Part shown: in pieces, positions 12,813 through 25,268 of the stretch | Layout: each line of letters starts with the position of its first letter | Numbering within the stretch: position 1 is the stretch's first letter | Origin: Ptychomitrium polyphyllum | Lineage: Eukaryota | Assembly (NCBI GenBank): GCA_973851085.1 | Contig: OZ316776.1 | Span: forward strand, 8,990,001 to 9,054,000 | DNA: 64,000 bases | Direction of reading: 5' to 3' | Position numbers and translations under genes: made by a program | The notes under the pieces: generated by a model | Told to the model about the DNA's origin: nothing | Databases searched by the model: none | Seen by the model: the letters and a program-made list of their open reading frames with translations, nothing else

Positions 12813-15800
12813 ATGGCGAGTGTACCGGGGAAAGCAGCTGGAGTGGGTTTGGTTTCCACGCCGCAGCTGTTGTGCCCCTGTATCTCTGGTGCTCACCGCT
12901 CTTTCTCCACTCCGTTCTCCGATAGGACAGCGCTTGGGAGCTCGCGCTCCAGCTTCCTCGCAAGCAAGAATTTTCGTAACTGGTGAGTATTCCGAGGCTT
13001 TCGAAACACACCTCTACAGGTGAACACGGGTCGTACTCTCGAATTGTGTAATTTGGATTACTGCAGTTCAAAGCAGAGTTGATATAGTGAATGTTTTGTT
13101 TTGCTGCATTTTTTCAACGACTGTGATTCCATGCAGGCGTCGCGAGGAGAAGGCTGGAAAAAGTAAGGTGCCCGGGATACATATTCGTAGAATATTTATG
13201 TCAAATGGGAAGCACTCAGCCACAATGAGTACATCACAAGGGACCTTTGTCTACCGTACGTTCCTAGCTAGGCCTGCTAGTCGTGTAGTAAACATCAGAC
13301 GCAGAGGTTGTTATAGATCTTCAGATGATCATAGAGCAAGGCAGACAGTAGAATCTCATTACATGAGGCAATTTTCTAGGAGGAAATCTAGTACATTGGG
13401 GCTCGTGAGCAACAGCTTTTCCCATTCCAATTACTTGAATCCTAGCAGTACAGACTCTAAACTCTTTCACTGGGGAAGTGCCGAATTAGAAGAAGATAGC
13501 TTTACGAGAAGATACTGGCAAATGCCGACTGCGAGGCCAGGAAGGGTTTCAGCAACGGCGCTGACTCCCGTGTTAAGTCCGGGACAGTATACAAAGGAAC
13601 AAGTACAGCCACATCTATCACCAAGTACGTTTAACACATCGCTTCAGTTGGGTTCCACCGGACTTTCAGCTGTTGCCCTTCGGTCAGCACCTTCTACTTG
13701 GATAGCTCCGAGCAGGATTGTGAAAGTCGCTTACCAGGCCGTCTCGAAGAAATTCCAAGCAAGTAGTACATCTGCCCTTCCCCAGTATTCTAAACGTGTG
13801 GGGAGGGTTAGTGCGCAAAACCAAAGTTCGCCTTTGTTGCTATCCAGCCAGGTTCCGGATCCATGGGAGAGAGCTGCAAAGAAATTGGGCATTTTGGGGG
13901 CAACAAAATCTATGAGTTTATTATCAGCTTACAACACAGAGGCATCTTTCTCCGAGGTCGAACCTGCGAAAGCTCACATGCCCTCTTCCTTAGCTGTGGA
14001 TACCGAAAACCAAGCGGAGCCTTTCCAGTTGTTTGGATCACGTGAGAGTAACTTGGAGGTGTCCAAAGTGGTTCCACCAAGGCACCAAGATATTTCAGAG
14101 CCTCTGAAGTTGAGTGATCTTGGAACTGAACGGAAGTCGGAACCTGCAAATTCTCCTGAGAGGACATTCGAGGATAACCATCCAAGAAGTCACGCTGACG
14201 AACCTGAAAGCACAAAAATAAAGAAGACCCCCGCGAGGAAGAGGACCACCACTAAGAAACTTTCGCCCGCTCAACCATCGGCAACAACTAAGCCCAAACC
14301 CAGAGCTAGAAAGAAATCTGTCACTTCAAATCTGGAAGAGAAGGCTTTAGTGGAGGTTAATGTCATAAATGATCCGCTTGTCTCGGCACTGGCTTCAGTG
14401 GAATTTTTCAACGAAGATCTGCTTGAGGAACGGCAATCCTTTCCTAATGAATCTGTCATGGTTATTGATAGCGTCGAAAAGGCTGCAATGGTTGTAGAGC
14501 AGCTGATGGGCGAGTTCAAGGACCTGGTTCATGCTTGTGATACTGAGGTACTATTGCAATAATTCTGGAAGGAGTTTTGCCCTGTCTGCGTTATTGTTCT
14601 GTTCCTATTTGTATGTGTAGTCTCTGGCGAGGTCATTTTATGTATTGGTCATCTACCTTATGAGAACTGATTGATCCGGAGTTGTCAGGTATTTAGTGTA
14701 TCTGCTCGAACACCGTTGTTTTGCTGTTGCACTTGAATGGGACTGTTAGTGTGCATTCGTTCTTTCCTTCATTTTACATTTATTTTTTAACTATGCAACA
14801 TTTTCTTTCTTTTGGGTACTCGTTTATGTTACTGCGCCACTTGGGACTGTGAACTTAGTGATTGTGACGCTTCAGGTCGCAGAAATAGATGCTAAGAAAG
14901 AGAGTCCAGTTGGGCATGGGCGAATTACATGCTTCAGCATCTATTGTGGACCTAGTGCGAATTTTGGAGGTGGCAAGAACCGTCTTTGGGTTGATGTGCT
15001 GGATGGTGGAGAAGATGTTCTTCAAATATTTAAGCATTATTTTGAGGATCCTTGCATCAACAAGGTAGATTTTAAGACAGCTTTTACTTCGCTACCTAGT
15101 ATGCATGAACTGCTGCTATTGCGCATTTGAAATCATATTTTAAAGTTAGTGTGATGAGAGGCTTGATTGTAAGTTAAATTGAGTCAGTTTGTGTAGGCAA
15201 TGCTGAACGCTGAGGTTTCTGTGGAGAAGTTATCAACTTCAATTTGAAATATGTTGCACGGAGATTGTTGTTTTTAATTGATTATTAGTTTATTGGCGTT
15301 ATAGAGAATAGCCGATTATCATGTCTCCCACGTTTCACTGCATAGGAAGAATATTTTTAAGAGTCTTCCTTGCAGTTCAATATATAATCAATTGTATTAA
15401 GTAAGCGCAGTTAACAATATTTTCCCAGATCAAAAGTTTAAGAAGTTGAATTTCCTTGAGTGTAAGGATTAGGGAAGCTTGCTATAATTTTTGACCAGTA
15501 TGTTTGGTGGTGTTGGCAGGTATGGCACAACTACAGTTTCGACAAGCATATACTAAGTAGGCATGGAATACATTGTCAAGGTTTCTATGCAGACACTATG
15601 CATCTGGCTCGTCTATATGATTCGGCAAGGAGAGGTGCCAAAGGGGGCTACTCGCTGGAAGTGTTGAGTGCTGATGATAAAGTGATGGATAGTTACTTAA
15701 GGCACTCTAGCGAAATGGATGATCCTATATTAGCGGGGAAGAAGTCGATGAAGGAGCTATTTGGGAAGGCGAACTTGAAGAAGGACGGCACTCCTGGTAA

Positions 15801-18800
15801 AATCAAAACGGTACCTCCGGTAGACGAACTTCAAAGAGGCGAACAGTGGCGAGATGCTTGGATCCACTATTCTACGTTTGACGCAGTGTGCACATGGCGT
15901 CTCTGGCAAAGTCTTCAGCAGAAACTGAAAAGTACTTCATGGAATGTACCAGACTTACGGAAGAAGGGGACCATGTATGATTTTTATGAGAAGTACTGGA
16001 GGCCATTTGGAGAAGTTTTGGTGAATATGGAGGCTGATGGAATGCTTGTGGATTGTGATCACCTTGCTAGCGTTGAGAAAGTTGCAAGGGCCCAGCAACA
16101 AATTTCAGTTAGCCGCTTTCGGAAGTGGGCTGCAAAATACTGTCCAGATGCTGTACTGATGAACGTTGGAAGTGATGCTCAGATTCGCCAACTTTTGTTT
16201 GGAGGCACTGCTAACAGGTAGTTGACTTTGCAATGCCATTTTTGTTTCTAGTAGCTGCTGTTTATGTTTGACTTATGCTCCGTAGCAGATTAGGACATTT
16301 CAAATTTACGGAATTATCCTGGCCTATAATTGGTATTTTATGATAGTGAGCCTTTATTTTCAGATTCCCTGATGTTTAATAATATATAGTCCATACCTAT
16401 GACATTCATTTTTACAAGTTAGCTTGATTTGCTAGCTAAGTGAAGTTTCTGAGGTTTCCTCCAAATTACAGGAAAGATGCAAACCAAGTACTACCTATGG
16501 AGCGGGTCTTCAGTGTGCCCAATGATGACGGATTCATAGAAGAGGGCAAAAAGGCTGCTAAAAAGACAAAACCCATTGTGATAAAAGGGCTTGCGAATTA
16601 TGGCATCAAAATACCCGTAGAAACCTTCACTTCTTCTGGTTGGCCAGCAGTTGGAGGTGCAGCAATTAAGGTGAAAAAGCATCCATTTTTATGAGCGGAG
16701 AAGTATGTTGTTGAATAAGGATGCACTGTCCTTATGCCAAATTTTTAGATCACTATGTCTGACTGATGGGATTGCTGGTTATTGTTTGACTTGCATGAAG
16801 TGACGGATTTATGGAACTTTCGTTCACCTTTTTAAATCTGTAAATTTTTTATCGTATTGAAGGCACTTGCAGGCAAAGTTGCAATTGACTATACTGATTT
16901 AGAAGATAATTCCGAGGATGGAATGCTGGATGGCAACGAAGAATCTGGAGGTTTATTGACCTCAGCTGGAGTACTGACTGACCATGAAGAAGATTTGTCT
17001 GTGTATGGTAAAGCATACGAGGCTTTTCATAAAGGCCAAGAGGGCAAGGAAGCGTGCATGGCATTAGCTGCGTTGTGTGAAGTTGCTTCTATCAATACAT
17101 TACTATCAAATTTTATTGAGCCGCTGCAGGTACAGCATTTATGAATTGATTTGACTGAATCTGGTATCACAGTTCCGGTCAAATTTTACTAAAAACATTT
17201 TAGAAATTTCCTTGCATGAAAGTGTTTCCAGCACCTACAAAGCCTGTCGGCGACCCAGATAACAAGTTCCCTATCTTATAGTTACATTTTTCCTTGAAAT
17301 GTAAATACCTGGATGCAGTTCTGTTGTGTATTGGTAAGGGCATAAAATCAAGCGCACCTAACTCGAACAGGATACAACTATTGTTAGATAATAGTTAGCG
17401 TTGTCAAGTAGCTGGTATTTCAGAACTTTCATTCTATCAGTTTCATTTTTGACAGGGTTTTATATATTTTGCAGGGTAATGATATTAAGAGTACCTCTGA
17501 TGGGCGGGTGCACTGTTCCTTGAACATCAATACTGAAACTGGACGATTGTCTGCAAGAAGGCCAAGTCTGCAGGTTAGTGTGCTGGTACTGGTATATCTG
17601 GGATTTTCTAATGTGTAAGATGTATCACTTTTTACTGATACCTACATGCATTTACCCGAAACTATGGAATTGTGGCTTAATAAAAGCGTCAAGAATCGAT
17701 TATTTTCTTATCTATAATACTAGTTTCACTCCTTTGATATTTTTATTTCGTTATGTTTTATGCCACTCAACCACAGCAGGTTTTGGATAATTTTCTTCTA
17801 AAAGTTCTGATAGTGATCGCCACTTATCTCATTCATTGTTCTTGTTTCAGAATCAACCAGCTCTTGAAAAGGACCGGTACAAGATACGTCAAGCTTTTGT
17901 TGCTGCTCCCGGAAAAACTCTTGTTGTGGCCGATTATGGGCAGGTATGAGGCTCTGTTCACAAAGTTTAGCCGACGAATTTCTCTTCTTGAACTCTTTAA
18001 TTGGACCACTGTAATGGATGCCACATGGTTCCTTTGGCATGCCATTAACAATATCTTTCAACTTGAACTCAATCTAATTGCTTGAATTTTTTTGCTGTCT
18101 CAGTTGGAGTTGCGGTTACTTGCTCATTTAGCAGATTGCAAGAGCATGAAAGAAGCATTCAAAGCTGGTGGTGATTTTCACTCAAGGACGGCTATGAACA
18201 TGTACTCTCATGTTCGTGAAGCAGTAGAAAAAGAGAGGGTCTTGCTGGAGTGGGAAGGTCAAGGGAAACCACCTGCTCCACTGTTGAAAGTACGTTTTTT
18301 TCACTCTGAAAATCTGGTTCAGTTACTAGCTTTATCAATCCCAAAATGCGCTGCGCGAAATAATTTTTACACAATTGGTTATGGTCAGCAACTATGTTGA
18401 TGAACATGATAACTAAGGAAGAACCGGAAGGTTGCTATTGTATGGATTAGTTATCTTTAATATTTAAACGATATGATTATGATTATGTTGTAAATATTGT
18501 ACATAGTGGTAGATCTGCATTACTTATGATGTATCTATGATGTGTATTTTCTAGGATATCTTTGGATCAGAGAGAAGAAAAGCTAAGATGCTGAACTTCT
18601 CAATTGCTTATGGGAAAACAGCCATGGGGTTGGCCAAAGATTGGAAGGTGAGGCATGTCATATATCATGGTTTTTGACTTCAGCCTGCAGTTGTTTGAAG
18701 TATTCATTACTACCCACGGAGATCCATGCGTTCTTACTGATTCTTCTTATAGGGTATTGTCTAAGCCATGGGATTAATGATATATTATTCAAAGTTTTAC

Positions 18801-20630
18801 TTTTTAGCCAGGGCGCAGCAAACAGCAGACTTAATTTCCCGCTTATTTTCCCGTTTTTAGCTTTGAAGACACAGAAAGATAATACGAGGCCGAGAAAAAA
18901 GCTTAAATTAATAGAACTTAAATCCTAAGAAAGATATACTTGCTAAACTCGATAAATAAAAGAACCTAAGTTCCCAATGGCTCTTCAAGAAACAAAAACA
19001 TCTTCATACCTTATAAAAACGTTTTACTTATCAGCACTTCTCCTAATTTGTAATTTTGTTCTTTTTCTCGTGCAGGTCAAGCTAGATGAGGCAAAAGCTA
19101 CAGTGGACCTTTGGTACAGTGATAGGCCTGAAGTGCTAGCTTGGCAGAAGGAGCGCAAGGTAGAGGCTCACCAAACTTTGAAAGTGCACACATTGTTAGG
19201 ACGAGCACGCCATCTTCCTGATGTGAACTCTTCCAGCCCATTACTTCGATCCCATATGGAGCGCGCTGCTATCAACACACCCGTCCAGGTAAACGAATAT
19301 ACGTTTGACACATTTCTGTTGATATCCTTCTAGTACCACTCGTTCCGTTTTCCGTCAAATTGATGAAAAATATGAACTGCATCGTTTGAGTTCAGCGTGC
19401 CTAGCACGTGCTTTTGAAGCTTGCATGTTGTTGATCTTGTATTGGTGTGATTAGGGAAGTGCGGCAGACGTCGCAATGTGTGCTATGCTTGAAATCAATC
19501 AGAACAAGAAGCTTCGGGAACTTGGTTGGAAACTCCTTCTACAGGTTTGACTTCTGGAACTTCATTTCCTTTTAAAGGACAAGTGCAAGACTTTGTACAT
19601 TTAGTTATTTTTGATACTCTTTGACGAGTCTTCTCGTCAAAGTTTAGGCTCCCGTAAGGCATGATTCTGTAAGCAAGGCCGAGCTATGATTGTCATTTTT
19701 GGCTTTAACGTATCCCGTTTAGGAAACATAGACATTATGGAAATGACTGGAAGTCGATGACCAAATCCTGTATTAACTAGATTAGTTAATCTTTTTCTTT
19801 TCGTTATAGTAATAATTTTTTATTTGTTTTAAGTTGTTTTTTTGGTTGGTTAAGTGCCAACTATTAAAGCCAAAGCAGTAAGCTGTGCAATAACCTCTAA
19901 ATTCATTCTGCGAAGTATGAGTGCCAAAGTGTATGAAATGTAGATTGGGTAGGTTGTGTGGGTTTTAGATTGTTTAGATTGTTTAGTATGTAGGTTGTGT
20001 AGGTTGTATCTATATGTTATTACATCGTGTAATGGGTGGAGGGCAGTGAGCGCCGCCCCCTTCCCACCCCTTAAAATCAAGTTTTCTTTAAAAGAAAAAT
20101 ATATATAATATATAATATATAAATCGGAATTGCTTGATTGAACGACGAGGGGGTTTTGTCTCGTGTGTTCCGTCTCGGGTGCAAGAGGAAGGAGGGGCGT
20201 AGGGGCTTTAAACCTACACAACCTACATTCCTACACTCCCTTATTGAAAAGGAGAGCAGGCCGGGTGGTTTACATCTCCTATTTTAAACAATTCTTTTCT
20301 CTATGATTATTTACTGACTTTTGCTCTGTAAAGAACCTATAAGTTGCTAGAGCCTTAGCCGCAAGTTTACCTTTTTTTAGCTACTTCTCTTCATTATTCA
20401 ACCTTTTCATTATATATTGAAAGCAATTTAAACCAATTGTTTGTATTTCCTCGTCGTTGGACCTGCAGGTACACGATGAGGTTATTTTAGAAGGACCATT
20501 GGAGTCTGCAGCCGAAGCCAAAGAGTTGGTGATAAATTCTATGATGTATCCCTTTGACGGCAAAAACTTTCTGGATGTCGAATTGGTCGTTGACGGCGAT
20601 TATGCAGAGAACTGGTATGCAGCCAAGTAA
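12813..20630 (+). CDS. Organellar (plastid/mitochondrial) family A DNA polymerase, POP / Pol I-like; start codon uncertain (12675, 12813 or 13198)
   Basis: Exonuclease I motif HACDTEV, VWHNYSFDKH, polymerase motifs NTETGRLSARRPSLQNQPALEKDRYKIRQAF, ADYGQLELRLLAH, ERRKAKMLNFSIAYG, AINTPVQGSAAD and LLLQVHDEVILEGP, ending NWYAAK*. The Ser/Arg-rich N-terminus resembles a transit peptide. Confidence 0.96.
19850..19906 (-). pseudogene. psb30: Truncated plastid psb30/ycf12 fragment (organellar DNA insert) in the last intron of the organellar DNA polymerase
   Basis: Reverse strand reads MNLEVIAQLTALALIVGT*, matching the well-known N-terminal half of land-plant Ycf12/Psb30 (MNLEVIAQLT.L.LIV.SGPLVI...). 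Codons are AT-rich and plastid-like. Confidence 0.8.
19988..20228. repeat. Perfect 18-bp inverted repeat flanking a ~205-bp spacer with an AT-rich core
   Basis: atgtaggttgtgtaggtt (19988-20005) is the exact reverse complement of aacctacacaacctacat (20211-20228). Confidence 0.92.
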
Positions 20631-22224
20631 ATCAGCGTTTCATCAGGACGCCTTCTGCTTATATCATGTTATCTTCTTTGCCCCAACTGTATATTGTTAC
20701 AATCGTCATTTACTGTACCACGCGCAACAAGGTGGACAAAGATCAAGGCATCGGCGATGGAGATCACAGAAATCTTCCTCTAATCTGCCAGTGTACGTAC
20801 AAGGGGCCAATCTGAAGCTTTTAGTGTCGATTGAATGTAATCAACTTGTCGGCAGAGAAGAATCTGGACTCCATCATCGAGAACTCCTGAGATTAATGAC
20901 ACGAGGTTCTGTGCCTGTGTCTGTTGTCCAAACTTCAAGCACGCACGAGTTCTCAAACCCATCTGGAACATCGAATCTGCATGATATTCATACAAGTTCT
21001 AGATAAGACTGGCAACACCTTGCACCTGCTTTAAAGGTTGAATACGTTGAGTTTGAAGAATTTTAGGAAAAATCGAGAGCGTGCCCATGTAGGAGAACAA
21101 GCCTCCATTGTATTCCAGAGTTCCTCTAAGAGTCGTTAACTTTTGGATAGGAGAATGAACTATGTGCTGGGAAAGAGCACAATTAGTGGATTGTAGGGTG
21201 ACGGTAATGCCTGTTAGTTGGTAATCCAAAATCCTAACGCAGACAAACATGCGAACTTTGTATGTACTTTCCTCTCGGTTGAACCGGAATCATCTGCATT
21301 TCGGATGATTGAATCCTCGTTCAAACTCATCGATTTTCTAAAAAGTGGTTTGAATTGTACTTGTGGATTCAAAGTACAGAAAGAAAGCTGACTTACAAAT
21401 CCGAAATAATCACATGTGAAACGCACAGTCGGAAAATCAGTTGAGCTGTTCGAGATGAAATTCTATTACTGGATTCCATGTTGCTCTTTTCGCACATTTA
21501 GAACGGCGCGTTTCGTGCTCATCCAAAGAATCGCTGGAGCTTCATCAAGCAGAGGCTGAGCTTTACCTAGATATCAAAGGAGCGGACATTGTCGCCGATA
21601 GGCTACAATCTAACCTTAGGACCGTCTCCGCAGACTTAAGAAACCTCATAACAACATGGATAAGTCCACATGGATTGGCTCTCGAAGATTGTGGACAGAC
21701 GGTAAACTTGATGTCAATTAGGTAGAACTTGGAGCAGTGTGTCCGTGGATTGGTCATTCATGATATGAAAGGGGAGACCAATAGAGCCAAGGAAGATGAA
21801 AGACGAGCATCAAAGGTAGTTAGCGCTTGGCGATACGATTCCAGTTTCACATGAAATTCAGCTTTACTGCGAAGGACGAACAATGGCGATGTTGTCGTTT
21901 CCGTCATCGTCATCTTATGCATCTTCGTGCTCCTTTTGCAGTTCCAAGGCAGGTAGAATGGAGCTGCTTGCCTGGAGCTTTTTCTCCGTGCACATTGCAC
22001 AGGAGAAGCAGCGCTGTTGAGATGCGAGAAGAATGTTCGTGGTTTTCTTCAGTAGATTTTTTGGAAGTGAGAACGTTGGTGGTGTGTGAACGTTGAAAGA
22101 TGAGTGTTTACTGAGAAATGGTTTGTGAAGGGAAGCGAATCAAGAAAGAGAAGTTGTAATTTAGCGTTGATTAAGAAGGAGCTGTGATCAGCAGAGAGTT
22201 GCCAGCGCGGGGCCCCAAGAAAGA

Positions 22225-25200
22225 ATGGCCAATGCAGGAGAATTTGAGTTGCCGCAGGAAGTTTTGTCCGTGCTGCCTTCGGATCCGTATGAGCAGCTCG
22301 ATGTCGCGCGTCGTATCACGGCCATGGCCGTCTCTTCTCGCATGTCGAAGCTGGAATCCGAGACCGGGAAGCTGCGGCAGAAGCTGGCGGAGAAGGAGCA
22401 CGTGATATACGGCTTGCAGGAGCATGTTTCAGTAGCGCAATCTACTTTAGTAGAGACGAATGCTAAGATCTCACAGTCTATGGAAAAGCAGGTTGGTCTG
22501 TTGCTTGGTCTGCTACCAAATGCTCCTGAGTGTGCCTCGAGCATTGAGTAGCTAAATTGTAGCTACCTCTTTACAAATGCAGGCACAGAATGTTGCAACT
22601 CTTGACACGCAATTCACTTAGAGTATAATGGATGAAGCCTGAAGTTTTGAACTCGCGATCATTACCTTCGCTTAAAATTCTCTTCACTGAACTGGGTCAT
22701 TAGTGCAATAGACTCTTATACAATGCCTTTTGGCTTCAAAGTCGATCGCTCCAATCTTCAAGGAGGAAATCAGTTTCGAGATTGTCAATTCGCTATAGCT
22801 CTTATTTAATGCACATCGCAGTTCTCTGCTAGACAGGGTCCAGGAGGTTCTTTATCTTCAACTTGATATTTGCTCTTTCTTGACAGACGAAGCTGGTCAG
22901 TGAGAAGAACGCACTGACAATGCAAGTGAAAAAGTTAATGTGGGATGTTGAAAAGGTTAGTGATCCAGAGAATGCTGTCCTGCGGTTTGCTTGATCGTGC
23001 ATGGACCCGTCGCTTTAAATACGCCACATTGCACGTTTAGTTCTCGCTCAACATTATCTTGTGCTTTTCTTAGGTGCTAAATGGACGAGAAATATTCTGA
23101 ATAATGTAGCCAATTCTGAATAATTTGCAGTTAGAGACATTCAAACGGATACTTATACAATCTGTTCAAGAGGTGGACGACAAAGCCAGCGTAAGTATTC
23201 TTGTCGGATGTATTTGCTCAGAAATCATTCGAGTTGTCTACTGGTATAATAAGAGGGTTAGCAGCTTGTGATCTGCCACTTTCTACAGATCCTGAAAATA
23301 TAGTATAAATTTTACATGTCCAACAACTACTGAGAGCCTTATGTTTCTCATGTGCTGAATAAATGTGGGAAGGGTTTGTATTGCTCCCATTCTGGGCGTG
23401 CACTCTGAACCTACTGTGGCTGTCTTCCCCCACAGGGTGGTGGTGGAGATAATCGTGGAGGAATCCCACCAACTTTGGCAATATGGAAGGCATCACGTAA
23501 GCCGCGATACTGGGTTCATCAAATTTATTTCATGAATTGCTGCCTAAATTTGTTTACACTGTGGTATAGCGTGGAAAAAGAATATCGATGTTCTTTCTGT
23601 AGTGATTATCTCCAGTATGAACTGATTATCACAGCACTCTTTCATACAGTAGACAAAACGGATTCCTAGAAAGGACAGTAAAGTTGCTCTGTTCTGTCCT
23701 TTTCATGCCTGTGGTGTCCACAGAGGCGGAGTCAACTGTAACGAAAGCGCAAATTTTTGAGGATGATGGTCACCATGCAAACTCTTCACCCAAGTATATG
23801 GTGAGGTTGAAGATAAATCAGGTAGTTTTCTTTTCCTTGTAATCTTGATCTTCGTTTTCGTGTTTGCACTTCACCCATTAAATCCATTCTGCTGCAGTTT
23901 TTGGCTAGAAGAGCTTTTGTTGTTAATAACATGAAAAAGTTAAAGGCATGATTTACGAGACACAAGATGCGTAACTTTCTCAGTGTAAGCCCGTTGTATA
24001 TCTTTAACATGCTTCAAGATTTGTGCTGGGAGTACAGTTACACTGCCAAAGCCAGTGAGTGGACGTATTACGCCAAAGCAAATTATAAGATCCGCTCGAG
24101 GGACACCCTCCTTGACTCCCCGAATGACCCCTACTGGGTCACCTAAACTTCAGCCGAAGAAGGGATCGCCGTTGCCTTCAATGTATCCCTATTCTCAGCA
24201 AATTCAGATTCCAACATCGCTGCCAACCAGCCGATAAAGCTCTCCTCCTAGTCATGGGTCTGGACAATGTAAAGCACCGTCACTTGGACCCTTCGAATGA
24301 TGCTAAGAATTACTATTGAACATTTCGAAAGCAATAATCCTTTTGTATTTTATTATTTTTGAACCTCGAACTTCAAGCTCAAGGGCATCCCTCCAGTTCC
24401 TTGAGACAGGGTGTCATAATCAGGGATATGTTTGTGAAGTTTGTGATTATATGGTCACTGTTCTGCGCACCTGATTGCTGGTGTCCATGATTTATGGCAG
24501 CACGTGGCACTACTCGACTTGATGGCAAAGAGTTTTTTCGTCAAGCCAGGTGGGTTTAGATTCTTGGATATCTATCATTCATCTCCGCGCCTTTAATGTT
24601 TGTGTTTGTGTGTCATGTCAAACATCGTAATCATGCGTTTCTCTTTAAGGAAATAGATTCGCTTTTAGCACTCATGTTGACCGCAGTATAGGTAAAGTAT
24701 TCAAGGCTCCTGCACATCTATGCCTGCATGAACTTAGTCTTGTTCTTCTGTTGATTGCAAGTAGCCTAAAATAGGCCATTGACCAGTTTTCCAAAGATCT
24801 AACTATCTTAGATTTTGGAGAAAATCATAAAATGAAAGCAAACGTGCAACAGTTGTTTTCACCAGTATTTTTTGCCTAAAGCCTGTCGCCAACTAAACGA
24901 ATTCTTTGGTTGACAATGGTTACAGGAGTCGATTGTCATACGAGCAGTTCAGCTCATTTTTAACCAACATCAAAGAGCTCAATGCACACCGTCAGACACG
25001 GGAGGTATACACTCATTCTCTGCATTATGGTCTACCGTGAAAACTTGTTCAAATGAGTAGACTTTGGCGGTTGTTTACATTTGTTCAAATATCAAATGTA
25101 TAGTTATTTATTAAGTAGTAGCCGACAATAAAGCTTCTCAGACCACGCATTGTGTTTCACATGGGACTGCAGGAGACTCTGAGCAAAGCCGAGAACATCT

Positions 25201-25268
25201 TCAGACCTGAAAAGAAAGATCTGTACAATACTTTCGAAGGGATTCTGAGTCGACATCTGCCTTCTTAG
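22225..25268 (+). CDS. At4g15545-like coiled-coil protein; carries an apparent in-frame TAA at 24235-24237 (possible pseudogene or null allele)
   Basis: N-terminal FELPQEVLSVLPSDPYEQLDVARRITAMAV and C-terminal RLDGKEFFRQAR/SRLSYEQFSSFLTNIKELNAHRQTRE/ETLSKAENIFRPEKKDLYNTFEGILSRHLPS* are hallmark motifs of this plant family. Confidence 0.85.

Noticed and set aside
19850..20221. 123-aa minus-strand ORF in the polymerase intron as a real gene
   Set aside because: It starts at a non-ATG codon and runs through repeats and the TA tract. Only the last 18 codons (psb30 fragment) are recognisable.
21459..21724. Stop-free plus-strand stretch (...LELHQAEAELYLDIKGADIVADRLQSNLRTV...)
   Set aside because: No early start codon, no recognisable family and no clear partner exons; compatible with chance.
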